In this document: positions 29,896-43,587 of the stretch, piece after piece | Position numbering within the stretch: position 1 is the first letter of the stretch | Layout of the letters: each line of letters starts with the position of its first letter | Source: Escherichia coli | GTDB lineage: Bacteria > Pseudomonadota > Gammaproteobacteria > Enterobacterales > Enterobacteriaceae | Assembly (NCBI RefSeq): GCF_030013205.1 | Contig: NZ_CP122648.1 | Strand: one strand, 5' to 3' | DNA length: 64,000 nucleotides | Notes under the pieces: model-generated | Told to the model about the DNA's origin: nothing | Database searches by the model: none | Seen by the model: only the letters and a program-made list of their open reading frames with translations | Made by a program: the position numbers and the translations under genes

Positions 29896-31239
29896 TTAAC
29901 GGTAGCGTTTTATGGGGCTATTTTGATCCTGTTCAGCCAGCCAGGCGAGCTTTTCGCCAATCTTGCCTTCAAGGCCCCTGTTTGTCGGGAAATAATAGCG
30001 TGTTTGTGCTATTTCCGGCGGGAAGTAAACCTCACCGGCAGCATAAGCGTTTGCTTCATCATGAGCGTAACGATATTCCTGCCCGTAGCCCATTTCCTTC
30101 ATTAATTTCGTCGGCGCATTACGCAAATGAACCGGCACGTCATAATCCGGACGTTCGCGAGCATCCGCCAGCGCGGCTTTAAACGCAGTGTAGACAGCGT
30201 TGCTTTTTGGCGCGCAGGCCAGGTAAACAATCGCCTGAGCAATGGCGCGTTCTCCTTCCGCCGGGCCAACTCGGGTAAAGCAATCCCAGGCCGCAATTGC
30301 CACCTGCATCGCTCGTGGATCAGCATTACCCACATCTTCCGACGCTATCGCCAGACAGCGACGCGCGACATATAACGGATCGCCACCGGCAGTAATAATT
30401 CGCGCATACCAGTACAGCGCCGCATCGGGTGCGCTACCACGTACCGACTTATGCAGTGCGGAAATGAGATCGTAAAAGCGATCGCCTTTGTTATCAAAGC
30501 GGGCGCTACGTTCACCGGCGATTTCGGTCAGTAATTCAGGCTTCAGGACCCGCTTACCGCTATCATCGACTTCGGCCATATCCGCCATCATTTCCAGCGT
30601 ATTTAACGCCCGGCGCGCGTCGCCATTCACCAGTTCAGCAATGGCGCGTCGCGTTTCATCTGGCAGAACTATATCCTGACCACCATAGCCACGGGTTTTG
30701 TCTTCCATCGCCTGAGTAAGCACCTGCTCAATATCCTCTGTACTCAGGGATTTCAGCAGATAGACACGGGCACGGGAAAGCAGTGCCGAGTTAAGTTCAA
30801 ACGACGGGTTTTCAGTGGTTGCGCCAATAAAAGTGATGGTGCCGTCTTCAATATGTGGCAGAAATGCATCCTGCTGGCTTTTGTTGAATCGGTGAACTTC
30901 GTCAACAAAAAGAATAGTGCGGCGACCAGCATTGCGGTTTTGCCGAGCGCGCTCGATCGCCTCGCGAATCTCTTTCACGCCAGAAGTAACGGCAGAAATA
31001 CGTTCCACATCAGCGTTCGCATAGCGGGCAATCACTTCAGCGAGGGTTGTTTTGCCGGTACCCGGTGGCCCCCAGAGGATCATAGAATGCAAATGCCCGG
31101 CTTCGATAGCACGCGGCAACGGCTTCCCCGCAGCCAACAAATGTTGCTGGCCGATATACTGTGCTAAATTTTCTGGCCGCATACGCGCGGCCAGAGGTTG
31201 AAAAGTATTATCCGAAAAATCGAGCGACAGATTGCTCAC
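29896..31239 (-). CDS. rarA: replication-associated recombination protein A (AAA+ ATPase)
   Basis: 447-aa ORF with Walker [10 protein letters not shown]. Confidence 0.93.
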
Positions 31240-31249
31240 TCAGGTGCCT

Positions 31250-31864
31250 CTACTTACGTTGATCATCTACCGTTACGCCTTGCGGCGGGGTGAAGGTAAA
31301 TTTCGCTGCATCCACAGTCCCATTTTGCTGGGATTTCAGCTGATAACTGCTGCGCTGATCGTCCTGCTCCACCGCGCTAAACTGATGGATTGTGCCATCA
31401 CGTCCCACGTTAATGGTGAACTGCTTCAGATTGCCATTGCTGGCTTTCGGCGTCAGGACAAAGTCATCGCCATTCTGTTTGATATTGTACTGCTGCCAGT
31501 CGCTGGACTGGTTGCGGGCAATCAGCATAAACGGCGTATTACCGGTGGCATCTTTCAGCCAGGTTGCCGTAGCTTGCTCAACGAACGGGTTATAGAACCA
31601 CAGTGTTTTACCGTCAGAAACCAGAATGCTTTCATCAGGTTGAGTCATATGCCAGTTGAATAAGTTTGGACGTTTCACCCACAGATCGCCCTGGCCTTCC
31701 TGCACCGCCGCGCCGCTACCGTCAGTCACTTTTTGTGTGAAGCTGGCGTGGAAGCTGCTGACTTTATCCAGGCGGCTTTTAAGATCGCTTGCGGCATCAG
31801 CCCAAACGCTGCTTGCTACTAAGCTTGAGAGTAATGCACAGGTGATGGCAATTTTTTTCATCAT
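31250..31864 (-). CDS. lolA: outer-membrane lipoprotein carrier protein LolA
   Basis: 204-aa ORF with signal peptide; synteny. Confidence 0.93.
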   Translation of the reverse strand: MMKKIAITCALLSSLVASSVWADAASDLKSRLDKVSSFHASFTQKVTDGSGAAVQEGQGDLWVKRPNLFNWHMTQPDESILVSDGKTLWFYNPFVEQATATWLKDATGNTPFMLIARNQSSDWQQYNIKQNGDDFVLTPKASNGNLKQFTINVGRDGTIHQFSAVEQDDQRSSYQLKSQQNGTVDAAKFTFTPPQGVTVDDQRK

Positions 31865-32019
31865 TATTCCTCAAATTACGTCACTCCCGATCGGGAGTTC
31901 CCTCTACTCTCTATTCCAGGCTAATAATCAGCTTGAGGAAAGAAGAAAATACTGAATTTTCAGTTGTTAGAGTGCCGGATGCGACGCTACCGAGCCTTAT
32001 CCGGCCTACGATGCATTAA

Positions 32020-35000
32020 TTAGTCAAACGGCGGTGGGGCCAGCACTTCACGATTACCGTTGTGCCCCTGTTCGCTGACAATCCCCTGCGCTTCCATCTG
32101 TTCGATAATACGCGCTGCACGGTTATAACCAATGCGGAACTGACGCTGTACGCCAGAAATTGATGCTTTGCGTTTTTCAGTGACAAACTGCACCGCCTGA
32201 TCGAACAACGGATCCAGCTCTTCAGCGCCATCGAAACCGCCCGCGCCACCTTCGCTTTCGCTGTCGGAGGTGATGCCATCAACATACTGTGGGCGACCAC
32301 GCGCTTTCCAGTCCTGCACCACGGCATGAACTTCCTGATCGCGAACAAAAGCACCATGGACACGTACCGGCAACGTGGAGTTCGGCCCAGAGTAGAGCAT
32401 ATCCCCCATACCCAGCAGTGATTCCGCACCAGCCTGATCAAGAATGGTACGTGAGTCAATCTTACTGGATACGGTAAAGGCGATACGGGTCGGAATATTC
32501 GCTTTAATCAGACCAGTAATAACATCAACCGATGGACGCTGAGTTGCCAGTACGAGGTGGATACCCGCGGCACGGGCTTTTTGCGCCAGACGTGCTATCA
32601 GCTCTTCCACTTTTTTACCTACGGTCATCATCAGGTCGGCAAATTCGTCCACCAAAACCACAATGTATGGTTCTTTTTTCAGCACCGGATGCTGGACGTC
32701 CATACTGTCACCCGGCTTCCAGTACGGGTCTGGAATCGGACGCATCATGCGATCGGCTTCAGCAATTTTTTCGTTATAACCCGCCAGATTACGCACACCT
32801 AGGGCGGACATCAGCTTATAACGACGTTCCATTTCATTTACGCACCAGCGCAAAGCGTTGGCAGCATCTTTCATGTCGGTAACGACTTCCGTTAACAGAT
32901 GCGGAATGCCTTCATAAACCGAAAGCTCCAGCATTTTCGGGTCGATCATGATGAAACGCACATCTTCTGGCTGTGCTTTATAAAGCATGCTCAGGATCAT
33001 CGCGTTCACACCGACAGACTTACCGGAACCGGTAGTCCCCGCAACCAACAAGTGCGGCATTTTCGCCAGATCGGCAACCACCGGCTCACCGGCGATATCT
33101 TTACCCAGTACCACGGTTAATGGCGACGGATTATCGCGGAATTTGGCGTTATCCAAAACTTCGCGCAGATATACGGTTTGTCGTTTTTTATTCGGTAACT
33201 CCAGACCTACATAGGGTTTGCCAGGAATAACTTCAACGACACGCACCGCCACCGTCGAAAGTGAACGGGCAAGGTCACGTGACAAGTTAGAAATACGCGC
33301 CGCTTTTACGCCCGGTGCCAGGTTCAATTCAAAGCGAGTGATAACCGGCCCCGGAGAATAATTGACGACATCGGCTTTAATACGGAAATCAGCCAGACGC
33401 GCTTCCACCAGACGCGCCATTTGTTCAAGCGCAAAGGTATCTACCGGCTCCACTTCGCTCGGCGGAGGTGTCAACAAATCCAAAGAAGGCAGCGGCGTCG
33501 TCGGTTTATGCAACGGACGGCTGTCGCCATTACGCATCAACAGCGGATGAAGCAGGGTATCCTGCGGCTGTGGCGCAACTGGCTGTTGTGGCTGCTGATA
33601 CTGCGGCTGCGGTGCAACCGGTTGTTGTGGCTGCTGATACTGCTGCTGCGGCGCAACCGGTTGTTGTGGCTGCTGATACTGCGGCTGCGGTGCAACCGGT
33701 TGTTGCGGCTGCTGATATTGTGGCTGCGGCGCAACCTGCTGTTGTGGCTGCTGATACTGCTGCTGCGGTGCAACCGGTTGTTGCGGCTGCTGTACAGGTT
33801 CAACAATTGGCGTAAACAACGGTTCGTGTGGACCATCATCCAGCAACGCTTTCATTGGCGAAAATTCAAAATCATCCAGCGAGAACGGATTCGCCCCAGC
33901 CGGTTGTTCGCCGGAATAACGTTGTTGTTGAGTTTGCGCAAACTGACGAGCCAGTTCAGCCTCTGCCGCAGCATCTGCATCTTCTGCGTTTACGGGCACA
34001 TCATGTTGATACTGTTCGCCATAGCGTTGCTGCTGTGTCTGGGCGAACTGACGTGCCAGTTCATCCTGCTGCATCGCATCGATTTCATCATCGTTGTACT
34101 GATCGCCAGAATCGTACTGATTGCGCTGGGCTTCACGGGCTTTTTCTTCTGCCGCACGCTGTGAGGGCAGCTTAATACCGTAAGACGCCAATTCACGACG
34201 AGTTGGCACGCGGATACGTTTCGGTCGTGGCAACTGCGGGCCAATCCCCTCTTTGACCTGCGGACGCGGTCCACCGCTATTTGCCAGACTGAAGACTGGC
34301 GCGGCAACGGTTGCGGCAGCCCCCGTCGCCAGTGTCGCTTTTTTCACGCCAGATGCCAGCGGAGAAACAGCGGCAGCGGCTTCTACTGGAGGTACTGCTG
34401 CAACAGAAGGTGCTTTCAGCGAAGATTTGATCGGTTCTGGTTCTTTAACCGGTTCAGGAATCGGTTGATACCAGGCCGCAAGTTGTTCACGTTCACGGGC
34501 ACGCTTCTCTTCCACTTCTTCAAAATAGTAAAGCGGCGGACGCGCGGGTTTTGTCTCTTCTACAACGGGCTCAGGCTCCACAACAGGGTGCTGTTCAACG
34601 GGTTGCGGCTGTTGGTACAACGGCTCCTGAGCGGCTGGCTGCTGATAAGTTTGCTCAGTCTGGTATGTAGACTGTGGAGCAAAAGTGGATTGCTGCTCTT
34701 CGGCTTGCCAGGCGTTACCTGCCGCCGTTTGTTCTGGCGCAGGGGCGTAATACGGCTGTTGCGCAGACTGTTCCGCCGCAGTTGCATAATACGGCTGCTG
34801 AACAGGTTGTTCCGCCGCAGGAGCGTAGTGAGGTTGTTGCACAGGTTGTTCCGCTGCTGGCGCATAATACGGCGGCTGTGGCTGTACAGGTTGTTGCAGC
34901 GGCTCATTATATTGCACTGCAGGCTGCGCATATTGTGGCTGCTGTGGGTAACCTTCCGGTGCCGGAGCAATCACCGGCTCTCCCGTTTGTGGACCCGGTA

Positions 35001-36087
35001 CAGGCTGCCAGGCTACTGTAGGTTGCGAAGGTGGAACATCAACAGAGGCAACAGGCGGCGTCTGAGTCACAGGTTCAACCGGCGCAGCCCAGCTTTGTGT
35101 CGCCGTGGTAGCAGCAGCTGCTACAGCAACAGGTTCGGTAATTGGCGCACCATTTAATAATGGATCGTATTCGTCATATTCTGGCTGCGTTGCACGATTG
35201 CCCGAAAAGAGGACGTCGTCAGGGTCGGCAGCCACACCGCGTGCAGTGTAGGTAATCTCTTCGTCATCATCCATCCGCTTACCGGAGAACAACGCAGCGT
35301 CTGTTTGCCGCCCCATCGGATTAATGAATTTTTCCGCCAACCGTTTACGACGCGCTAACGCGCCGCGAAGAATACGGGCACGGCGTGATTCATGCTGTTT
35401 GCCGTGATTTTCATCTTCATACTCTTCGTCATCTTCATACTCATCTTCATCGACCCAGGTATCATCGCGACGGGTACGATTACTGGCGAAGGTGAGAATG
35501 TTTAAAATCCAGCCGCCGAGTTTTTCAGCAATGGTCACCCATGACCAACCGGTGAACAGCGTCAGACCCGCAGCCCAAACGCAGAGCAGCGCAATAGTTC
35601 CCCCGCTACTGTGTAGCAGTGGTTGTAGCGTAGTGCTTAGTAAGCTGCCAATGACGCCACCGGAGGCAAAATACCAGATATCGTCAGCGTTGATTGCCGC
35701 CAGACCACAGGAGGTAAGGATGAGCGCCAAAACGCCAATGATGCGTAGCGAAACGGCAAAATAATCAATGTATTCGTCGCTGGACTGATGACGCCAGGCA
35801 AACCAACAACCGCCGACAATAATGACGGGAATGGTGTAAGCCATCACGCCAAAAATAAAGAACAGCGTATCTGCCAGCCACGCACCGGGCATCCCACCTA
35901 AATTATGGATAGGTTCATGCCAGGCCGTTTGCGACCAGCTGGGGTCCGAAGGGTTAAAGCTTAGTAAGGCAGCCATCAACCAGACGGCAAACAGGACAAT
36001 AAGGATCAGCAACGCCTCCAGAAGGCGGCGGCCGCTACTTAACTTTGTCAATGTGACTTCTTTGTCTTCAGTGTATTCCTGGCTCAA
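32020..36087 (-). CDS. ftsK: DNA translocase FtsK
   Basis: 1355-aa ORF: N-terminal TM domain, long Pro/Gln-rich linker, C-terminal motor with Walker A. Confidence 0.95.
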   Translation of the reverse strand: MSQEYTEDKEVTLTKLSSGRRLLEALLILIVLFAVWLMAALLSFNPSDPSWSQTAWHEPIHNLGGMPGAWLADTLFFIFGVMAYTIPVIIVGGCWFAWRHQSSDEYIDYFAVSLRIIGVLALILTSCGLAAINADDIWYFASGGVIGSLLSTTLQPLLHSSGGTIALLCVWAAGLTLFTGWSWVTIAEKLGGWILNILTFASNRTRRDDTWVDEDEYEDDEEYEDENHGKQHESRRARILRGALARRKRLAEKFINPMGRQTDAALFSGKRMDDDEEITYTARGVAADPDDVLFSGNRATQPEYDEYDPLLNGAPITEPVAVAAAATTATQSWAAPVEPVTQTPPVASVDVPPSQPTVAWQPVPGPQTGEPVIAPAPEGYPQQPQYAQPAVQYNEPLQQPVQPQPPYYAPAAEQPVQQPHYAPAAEQPVQQPYYATAAEQSAQQPYYAPAPEQTAAGNAWQAEEQQSTFAPQSTYQTEQTYQQPAAQEPLYQQPQPVEQHPVVEPEPVVEETKPARPPLYYFEEVEEKRAREREQLAAWYQPIPEPVKEPEPIKSSLKAPSVAAVPPVEAAAAVSPLASGVKKATLATGAAATVAAPVFSLANSGGPRPQVKEGIGPQLPRPKRIRVPTRRELASYGIKLPSQRAAEEKAREAQRNQYDSGDQYNDDEIDAMQQDELARQFAQTQQQRYGEQYQHDVPVNAEDADAAAEAELARQFAQTQQQRYSGEQPAGANPFSLDDFEFSPMKALLDDGPHEPLFTPIVEPVQQPQQPVAPQQQYQQPQQQVAPQPQYQQPQQPVAPQPQYQQPQQPVAPQQQYQQPQQPVAPQPQYQQPQQPVAPQPQDTLLHPLLMRNGDSRPLHKPTTPLPSLDLLTPPPSEVEPVDTFALEQMARLVEARLADFRIKADVVNYSPGPVITRFELNLAPGVKAARISNLSRDLARSLSTVAVRVVEVIPGKPYVGLELPNKKRQTVYLREVLDNAKFRDNPSPLTVVLGKDIAGEPVVADLAKMPHLLVAGTTGSGKSVGVNAMILSMLYKAQPEDVRFIMIDPKMLELSVYEGIPHLLTEVVTDMKDAANALRWCVNEMERRYKLMSALGVRNLAGYNEKIAEADRMMRPIPDPYWKPGDSMDVQHPVLKKEPYIVVLVDEFADLMMTVGKKVEELIARLAQKARAAGIHLVLATQRPSVDVITGLIKANIPTRIAFTVSSKIDSRTILDQAGAESLLGMGDMLYSGPNSTLPVRVHGAFVRDQEVHAVVQDWKARGRPQYVDGITSDSESEGGAGGFDGAEELDPLFDQAVQFVTEKRKASISGVQRQFRIGYNRAARIIEQMEAQGIVSEQGHNGNREVLAPPPFD
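33575..33800. repeat. about 5.5 tandem copies of a 39-bp unit inside the ftsK linker (encodes [13 protein letters not shown] repeats)
   Basis: Repeated ctgctgatactgcggctgcggtgcaaccggttgttgtgg visible on the plus strand. Confidence 0.7.
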
Positions 36088-36221
36088 GAAAGGCTCTCCA
36101 GGTTACAGGCTTTTCCTGCCCGATGCTAAAACGGACAACAGTACCAGGTTACCCCAGTACTGTTGCTGTATGGATTAACAGGAGTGTAATCAAAATACGC
36201 CGATTTTGCACCTGTTCCGTG

Positions 36222-36716
36222 TTAGCGCGTCTTAATAACCAGACGATTACTCTGCTTGACTTCTTCCATAACAACGTATGTCCGTGTGTCATTGACGCCA
36301 GGCAGACGCAGCAGGGTTTCCCCCAGCAACTTACGGTAAGCTGACATATCCGGCACGCGTGTTTTCAACAGGTAGTCGAAATCACCGGATACTAAATGAC
36401 ACTCCTGAATTTCTTCAAGTTTTTGTACAGCGGTATTGAATTGTTCAAACACATCCGGTGCGCCACGATTCAGAGTAATCTCAACGAATACCAGAAGTGA
36501 TGCATCCAGATAATGAGGGTTCAGCAGCGCCGTATAGCCCTGAATAAACCCTTGTCTTTCCAGCCGACGCACACGCTCAAGGCACGGCGTTGGGGAAAGT
36601 CCCACACGTTTAGAAAGCTCGACGTTAGAAATACGCCCATCCTTTTGCAACTCATTAAGAATGTTACGATCGATACGGTCGAGATCTTTGCCTGGGCGCT
36701 TCTTGCTATCTACCAT
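36222..36716 (-). CDS. lrp: leucine-responsive regulatory protein
   Basis: ATG at 36716 (MVDSKKRPGKDLDRIDRNIL...), 164 aa, AsnC family. Confidence 0.95.
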   Translation of the reverse strand: MVDSKKRPGKDLDRIDRNILNELQKDGRISNVELSKRVGLSPTPCLERVRRLERQGFIQGYTALLNPHYLDASLLVFVEITLNRGAPDVFEQFNTAVQKLEEIQECHLVSGDFDYLLKTRVPDMSAYRKLLGETLLRLPGVNDTRTYVVMEEVKQSNRLVIKTR

Positions 36717-37142
36717 TATTATTGTCTCTCTGTATTCCTTCCCTACTCCTGTCTGACCCTGAAACATCACTGTTCAGAGTCGCTACCCGTCACGATAGAC
36801 CGAAATCATGAAGATTCACGGCGCGCAATGCCTGGGTCTACGGTGAGAAGACCGTTGCCTTGTGGCAGCTATCGACATCACGAATGGCGTCTGTCCACGC
36901 CATACGTAGATTTCACTAGCACGGTAAACATGGTATTTACATGCATGGTTATGCGCATATAAGAATACTGTTTTTTTCTTCCTCGAATGTTTTCGCAAAA
37001 CACCAGGGGATTGTCAAAGCAAAACATCGATTTTTAGTACAACATGCCAGATATTCATTACCAGGGGCGTTTATTCATCATTTAATCGGCTTATAAAGCG
37101 GGAAATTTAAGTAGCAGAGGTGATAATGACGGGAGAATTTGA

Positions 37143-38225
<1,083 letters not shown>

Positions 38226-38252
38226 TTTTACAAATCAGTAACAAAAGTAAAG

Positions 38253-38291
38253 AAGGCGACACCATGCGACTATGGGTCGCCTTTATTTTTT
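38253..38291 (+). terminator. rho-independent terminator after trxB
   Basis: aggcgac...gtcgcct hairpin followed by ttattttttcc. Confidence 0.5.
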
Positions 38292-38347
38292 CCTCGTTGT
38301 AACATTGCTCTGCAAATAATTCTGATAACTCACCTGCTAAGCGTGCA

Positions 38348-40114
38348 ATGAATAAATCCCGTCAAAAAGAGTTAACCCGCTGGTTAAAACAGCAAAGCGT
38401 CATCTCCCAACGTTGGCTGAATATTTCTCGTCTGCTGGGCTTTGTGAGCGGCATATTGATCATTGCCCAAGCCTGGTTCATGGCGCGAATTCTGCAACAT
38501 ATGATTATGGAGAATATTCCCCGTGAAGCCCTGCTGCTTCCCTTTACGTTACTGGTTCTGACCTTTGTACTGCGCGCATGGGTGGTCTGGTTACGCGAAC
38601 GGGTGGGTTATCACGCCGGGCAGCATATCCGCTTTGCCATCCGCCGTCAGGTTCTCGACCGTCTGCAACAAGCAGGGCCAGCGTGGATTCAGGGTAAACC
38701 GGCGGGGAGCTGGGCGACGCTGGTACTCGAGCAAATTGACGATATGCATGATTACTATGCACGCTACCTGCCGCAAATGGCGCTGGCAGTGTCGGTGCCG
38801 TTGCTGATTGTGGTGGCTATCTTCCCCTCTAACTGGGCTGCGGCGCTCATTCTGCTGGGCACTGCTCCGTTAATTCCGTTGTTTATGGCGCTGGTTGGAA
38901 TGGGGGCTGCCGATGCTAACCGACGTAACTTTCTCGCTCTTGCTCGCTTAAGTGGGCATTTTCTCGATCGCCTGCGCGGCATGGAAACATTGCGTATTTT
39001 TGGTCGTGGTGAAGCTGAAATTGAAAGTATTCGTTCTGCTTCGGAAGATTTCCGCCAACGGACAATGGAAGTGCTACGGCTGGCGTTTTTATCCTCCGGC
39101 ATTCTCGAATTTTTTACCTCGCTGTCAATTGCTCTGGTGGCGGTCTACTTTGGTTTTTCCTATCTCGGCGAGCTGGATTTTGGTCACTATGATACTGGCG
39201 TGACGCTGGCTGCGGGTTTTCTGGCCCTGATCCTTGCGCCGGAGTTTTTCCAGCCATTACGCGATCTCGGTACGTTTTATCATGCTAAAGCCCAGGCTGT
39301 TGGCGCAGCTGACAGTCTGAAAACGTTTATGGAAACCCCGCTCGCCCATCCGCAACGTGGTGAGGCGGAATTAGCATCAACCGATCCGGTGACCATTGAA
39401 GCCGAGGATCTGTTTATTACATCACCAGAAGGTAAAACGCTGGCTGGACCGCTGAACTTTACTTTGCCAGCAGGCCAACGTGCAGTGTTGGTTGGTCGCA
39501 GCGGTTCAGGTAAAAGCTCACTGCTGAACGCGCTTTCTGGTTTTCTCTCATATCAGGGATCGCTACGAATCAACGGGATAGAATTACGCGATTTATCACC
39601 GGAATCATGGCGTAAACATCTCTCCTGGGTTGGGCAAAACCCACAATTACCGGCAGCAACACTACGGGATAACGTACTACTGGCACGACCTGATGCCAGC
39701 GAACACGAGTTACAAACAGCGCTGGATAACGCCTGGGTCAGTGAGTTTCTACCGCTCCTGCCACAAGGCGTTGATACGCCTGTTGGCGACCAGGCTGCCC
39801 GCCTTTCCGTGGGGCAGGCACAGCGCGTGGCGGTGGCCCGAGCATTACTAAATCCCTGTTCGCTATTACTGTTGGATGAACCCGCTGCCAGCCTTGATGC
39901 TCACAGTGAACAGCGCGTAATGGAGGCGCTTAATGCCGCCTCTCTGCGCCAGACAACGTTAATGGTCACCCACCAGTTAGAAGATCTTGCTGACTGGGAT
40001 GTCATTTGGGTAATGCAGGATGGTCAGATTATTGAGCAAGGACGTTACGCGGAATTAAGTGTGGCTGGTGGCCCATTCGCCACATTACTGGCCCATCGTC
40101 AGGAGGAGATTTAA
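38348..40114 (+). CDS. cydD: ABC transporter CydD (cysteine/glutathione exporter)
   Basis: 588-aa ABC TMD-NBD fusion, Walker A GRSGSGKSS. Confidence 0.95.
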   Translation: MNKSRQKELTRWLKQQSVISQRWLNISRLLGFVSGILIIAQAWFMARILQHMIMENIPREALLLPFTLLVLTFVLRAWVVWLRERVGYHAGQHIRFAIRRQVLDRLQQAGPAWIQGKPAGSWATLVLEQIDDMHDYYARYLPQMALAVSVPLLIVVAIFPSNWAAALILLGTAPLIPLFMALVGMGAADANRRNFLALARLSGHFLDRLRGMETLRIFGRGEAEIESIRSASEDFRQRTMEVLRLAFLSSGILEFFTSLSIALVAVYFGFSYLGELDFGHYDTGVTLAAGFLALILAPEFFQPLRDLGTFYHAKAQAVGAADSLKTFMETPLAHPQRGEAELASTDPVTIEAEDLFITSPEGKTLAGPLNFTLPAGQRAVLVGRSGSGKSSLLNALSGFLSYQGSLRINGIELRDLSPESWRKHLSWVGQNPQLPAATLRDNVLLARPDASEHELQTALDNAWVSEFLPLLPQGVDTPVGDQAARLSVGQAQRVAVARALLNPCSLLLLDEPAASLDAHSEQRVMEALNAASLRQTTLMVTHQLEDLADWDVIWVMQDGQIIEQGRYAELSVAGGPFATLLAHRQEEI

Positions 40115-41836
40115 ATGCGCGCTTTGCTACCCTATCTGGCACTGTATAAACGTCATAAATGGATGTTAAGTCTTGGTATTGTGCTGGCAATTGTCACGCT
40201 GCTCGCCAGTATCGGTCTGTTGACACTTTCCGGCTGGTTCCTCTCGGCCTCAGCGGTAGCGGGGGTTGCCGGACTGTACAGCTTCAACTATATGCTACCC
40301 GCTGCGGGCGTGCGTGGTGCAGCAATCACCCGTACTGCCGGGCGCTATTTTGAACGTCTGGTAAGTCACGACGCGACTTTCCGCGTGTTGCAGCATCTGC
40401 GCATTTATACCTTCAGCAAATTGCTGCCCCTCTCCCCTGCAGGACTGGCGCGCTATCGTCAGGGCGAATTGCTCAACCGCGTGGTGGCGGATGTTGATAC
40501 GCTCGATCATCTTTACCTGCGCGTTATCTCGCCGCTGGTGGGCGCTTTTGTGGTGATTATGGTGGTGACAATCGGGTTAAGTTTCCTTGATTTCACCCTC
40601 GCCTTTACGCTGGGCGGCATTATGTTACTGACGCTTTTCCTGATGCCACCACTGTTTTATCGTGCGGGGAAAAGCACCGGGCAAAATCTGACTCATCTTC
40701 GCGGGCAGTATCGCCAACAACTGACGGCCTGGCTGCAAGGGCAAGCTGAGCTGACCATTTTTGGTGCCAGCGATCGTTATCGCACGCAGTTAGAGAATAC
40801 CGAAATTCAGTGGCTGGAAGCGCAACGTCGTCAATCTGAACTCACCGCATTATCGCAAGCGATAATGCTGCTCATTGGCGCGTTAGCGGTGATCCTGATG
40901 CTGTGGATGGCGTCTGGCGGCGTTGGCGGCAATGCTCAACCCGGCGCGTTAATTGCCCTGTTTGTCTTCTGCGCGTTAGCCGCGTTTGAAGCACTGGCAC
41001 CAGTAACGGGTGCATTTCAGCATCTGGGGCAAGTCATTGCCTCTGCCGTACGGATCACTGACTTAACGGTTCAAAAACCGGAAGTCACCTTCCCTGATAC
41101 CCAAACTCGTGTTGCCGATCGCGTTTCGCTGACGTTACGGGATGTTCAATTCACTTATCCGGAGCAATCCCAACAGGCACTTAAAGGGATTTCTCTTCAG
41201 GTAAACGCCGGGGAACATATAGCGATTCTCGGGCGAACCGGATGCGGCAAATCAACACTGTTACAACTGCTGACCCGCGCATGGGACCCGCAACAAGGCA
41301 AGATTTTGCTTAACGATAGCCCCATAGCCAGCCTGAATGAAGCGGCTCTACGACAGACCATCAGCGTTGTTCCTCAGCGAGTGCATCTGTTTAGCGCCAC
41401 GCTGCGTGATAATCTGTTACTCGCCTCACCTGGCAGTAGTGATGAGGCTCTGGCGGAGATCTTGCGTCGCGTTGGTCTGGAGAAGCTGCTCGAGGATGCA
41501 GGTCTCAACAGTTGGTTGGGTGAAGGCGGACGCCAGCTCTCCGGTGGTGAACTGCGCCGTCTGGCTATCGCCCGTGCGCTGTTACATGATGCGCCGCTGG
41601 TATTGCTGGATGAACCTACAGAAGGCTTAGATGCCACAACCGAAAGTCAGATCCTTGAATTGCTTGCAGAAATGATGCGTGAGAAAACGGTGTTAATGGT
41701 CACCCATCGACTTCGCGGACTCTCTCGTTTCCAACAAATAATAGTGATGGACAACGGGCAAATTATTGAGCAAGGTACTCACGCAGAACTGCTTGCCAGA
41801 CAGGGGCGTTATTACCAGTTCAAGCAGGGTTTGTAA
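40115..41836 (+). CDS. cydC: ABC transporter CydC
   Basis: 573 aa, start abuts the cydD stop, Walker A GRTGCGKST. Confidence 0.95.
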   Translation: MRALLPYLALYKRHKWMLSLGIVLAIVTLLASIGLLTLSGWFLSASAVAGVAGLYSFNYMLPAAGVRGAAITRTAGRYFERLVSHDATFRVLQHLRIYTFSKLLPLSPAGLARYRQGELLNRVVADVDTLDHLYLRVISPLVGAFVVIMVVTIGLSFLDFTLAFTLGGIMLLTLFLMPPLFYRAGKSTGQNLTHLRGQYRQQLTAWLQGQAELTIFGASDRYRTQLENTEIQWLEAQRRQSELTALSQAIMLLIGALAVILMLWMASGGVGGNAQPGALIALFVFCALAAFEALAPVTGAFQHLGQVIASAVRITDLTVQKPEVTFPDTQTRVADRVSLTLRDVQFTYPEQSQQALKGISLQVNAGEHIAILGRTGCGKSTLLQLLTRAWDPQQGKILLNDSPIASLNEAALRQTISVVPQRVHLFSATLRDNLLLASPGSSDEALAEILRRVGLEKLLEDAGLNSWLGEGGRQLSGGELRRLAIARALLHDAPLVLLDEPTEGLDATTESQILELLAEMMREKTVLMVTHRLRGLSRFQQIIVMDNGQIIEQGTHAELLARQGRYYQFKQGL

Positions 41837-41877
41837 GCTATTATTGAACGATCCGACTAGCGTGGAGTTTTGCGGTC

Positions 41878-42582
41878 ATGCGCCTGGTTCAGCTTTCTCG
41901 CCATTCAATAGCCTTCCCTTCCCCGGAAGGCGCATTACGTGAGCCTAACGGCCTGCTGGCACTGGGGGGCGATCTTAGCCCTGCGCGCCTGTTAATGGCT
42001 TACCAGCGTGGTATTTTTCCGTGGTTTTCTCCAGGTGACCCCATCCTCTGGTGGTCGCCCGATCCTCGCGCGGTGCTTTGGCCTGAATCACTGCATATCA
42101 GCCGTAGTATGAAGCGATTTCATAAACGCTCGCCCTATCGTGTCACGATGAATTACGCTTTTGGTCAGGTCATTGAAGGCTGTGCCAGCGATCGCGAAGA
42201 AGGAACCTGGATCACGCGTGGCGTGGTCGAAGCCTACCATCGCCTTCACGAACTCGGTCATGCCCACTCTATTGAAGTCTGGCGTGAAGATGAGCTTGTC
42301 GGCGGTATGTACGGCGTGGCCCAGGGAACGCTATTTTGTGGCGAGTCCATGTTCAGCCGGATGGAAAATGCGTCTAAAACGGCGCTTCTGGTATTCTGTG
42401 AGGAATTTATTGGTCATGGCGGTAAACTTATCGACTGCCAGGTCCTTAACGATCACACAGCGTCGCTTGGTGCCTGCGAAATTCCCCGCCGGGATTACCT
42501 CAATTATCTCAATCAAATGCGCCTCGGACGATTGCCGAATAATTTCTGGGTACCACGGTGCTTGTTTTCACCACAAGAATGA
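41878..42582 (+). CDS. aat: leucyl/phenylalanyl-tRNA--protein transferase
   Basis: 234-aa ORF; synteny. Confidence 0.92.
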
Positions 42583-42863
42583 ATGTTTTCGGCACATTTC
42601 TCCCCAGAGTGTTATAATTGCGGTCGCAGAGTTGGTTACGCTCATTACCCCGCTGCCGATAAGGAATTTTTCGCGTCAGGTAACGCCCATCGTTTATCTC
42701 ACCGCTCCCTTATACGTTGCGCTTTTGGTGCGGCTTAGCCGTGTGTTTTCGGAGTAATGTGCCGAACCTGTTTGTTGCGATTTAGCGCGCAAATCTTTAC
42801 TTATTTACAGAACTTCGGCATTATCTTGCCGGTTCAAATTACGGTAGTGATACCCCAGAGGAT

Positions 42864-43085
<222 letters not shown>

Positions 43086-43266
43086 TTGTTTTACCGCCTG
43101 ATGGGCGAAGAGAAAGAACGAGTAAAAGGTCGGTTTAACCGGCCTTTTTATTTTGTGATATGTATGAAGTACTTTGGAAGTATAAGTCCATAACTTGTCT
43201 CGATGTAGATATACTGCACAACTTGTTTACAGTATGAGCAAACAATAATTATCATTAAAATTCTTC

Positions 43267-43295
43267 TTGACCGTTTTACTCCAACTCCCTATAGT
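43267..43295 (+). promoter_or_regulatory. sigma70-like promoter (TTGACC-17-TATAGT) upstream of tRNA-Ser
   Basis: Near-consensus -35 and -10 with 17-bp spacer about 40 nt upstream of the tRNA 5' end. Confidence 0.4.
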
Positions 43296-43338
43296 AGCGC
43301 CCCGTTGCCACCCATGAGGTTTGGTAGCAAAACAATTT

Positions 43339-43426
43339 GGTGAGGTGTCCGAGTGGCTGAAGGAGCACGCCTGGAAAGTGTGTATACGGCAACGTATCGG
43401 GGGTTCGAATCCCCCCCTCACCGCCA
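43339..43426 (+). tRNA. serW: tRNA-Ser (anticodon GGA)
   Basis: 88-nt GGTGAGGTGTCCGAGTGG...TTCGAATCCCCCCCTCACCGCCA with long variable arm and GGA in the anticodon loop. Confidence 0.93.
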
Positions 43427-43472
43427 TATTCAAAGAAGAGCTCGTACGAAAGTAGGGGCTTTTTTTTCGCAT
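43408..43472. repeat. direct repeat copy 1 (tRNA-Ser 3' end plus terminator)
   Basis: aatccccccctcaccgccatattcaaagaagagctcgtacgaaagtaggggcttttttttcgcat. Confidence 0.7.
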
Positions 43473-43587
43473 ATTGCACACACCGGGGGGATGAGAAGCC
43501 CCGACCGGGGTTCGACAACTGGCGCAGCCAGTTGGACAGACCACGAACACAGTGAGTGGGCTGCCCGCAGGGCGAGCGAAGCGAGTC

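Noticed and set aside
33575-33800. Possible CRISPR array suggested by tandem repeats (here and at the iterons 51584..51812)
   Set aside because: ftsK repeats are in-frame coding repeats without spacers; iterons are 8-mers of irregular spacing and mixed orientation; no cas genes in the window.
33421-35157. Several long plus- and minus-strand ORFs with Arg/Leu- or Ser/Arg-rich low-complexity translations
   Set aside because: Artefacts of the repetitive Pro/Gln-encoding ftsK linker read in other frames and on the opposite strand.
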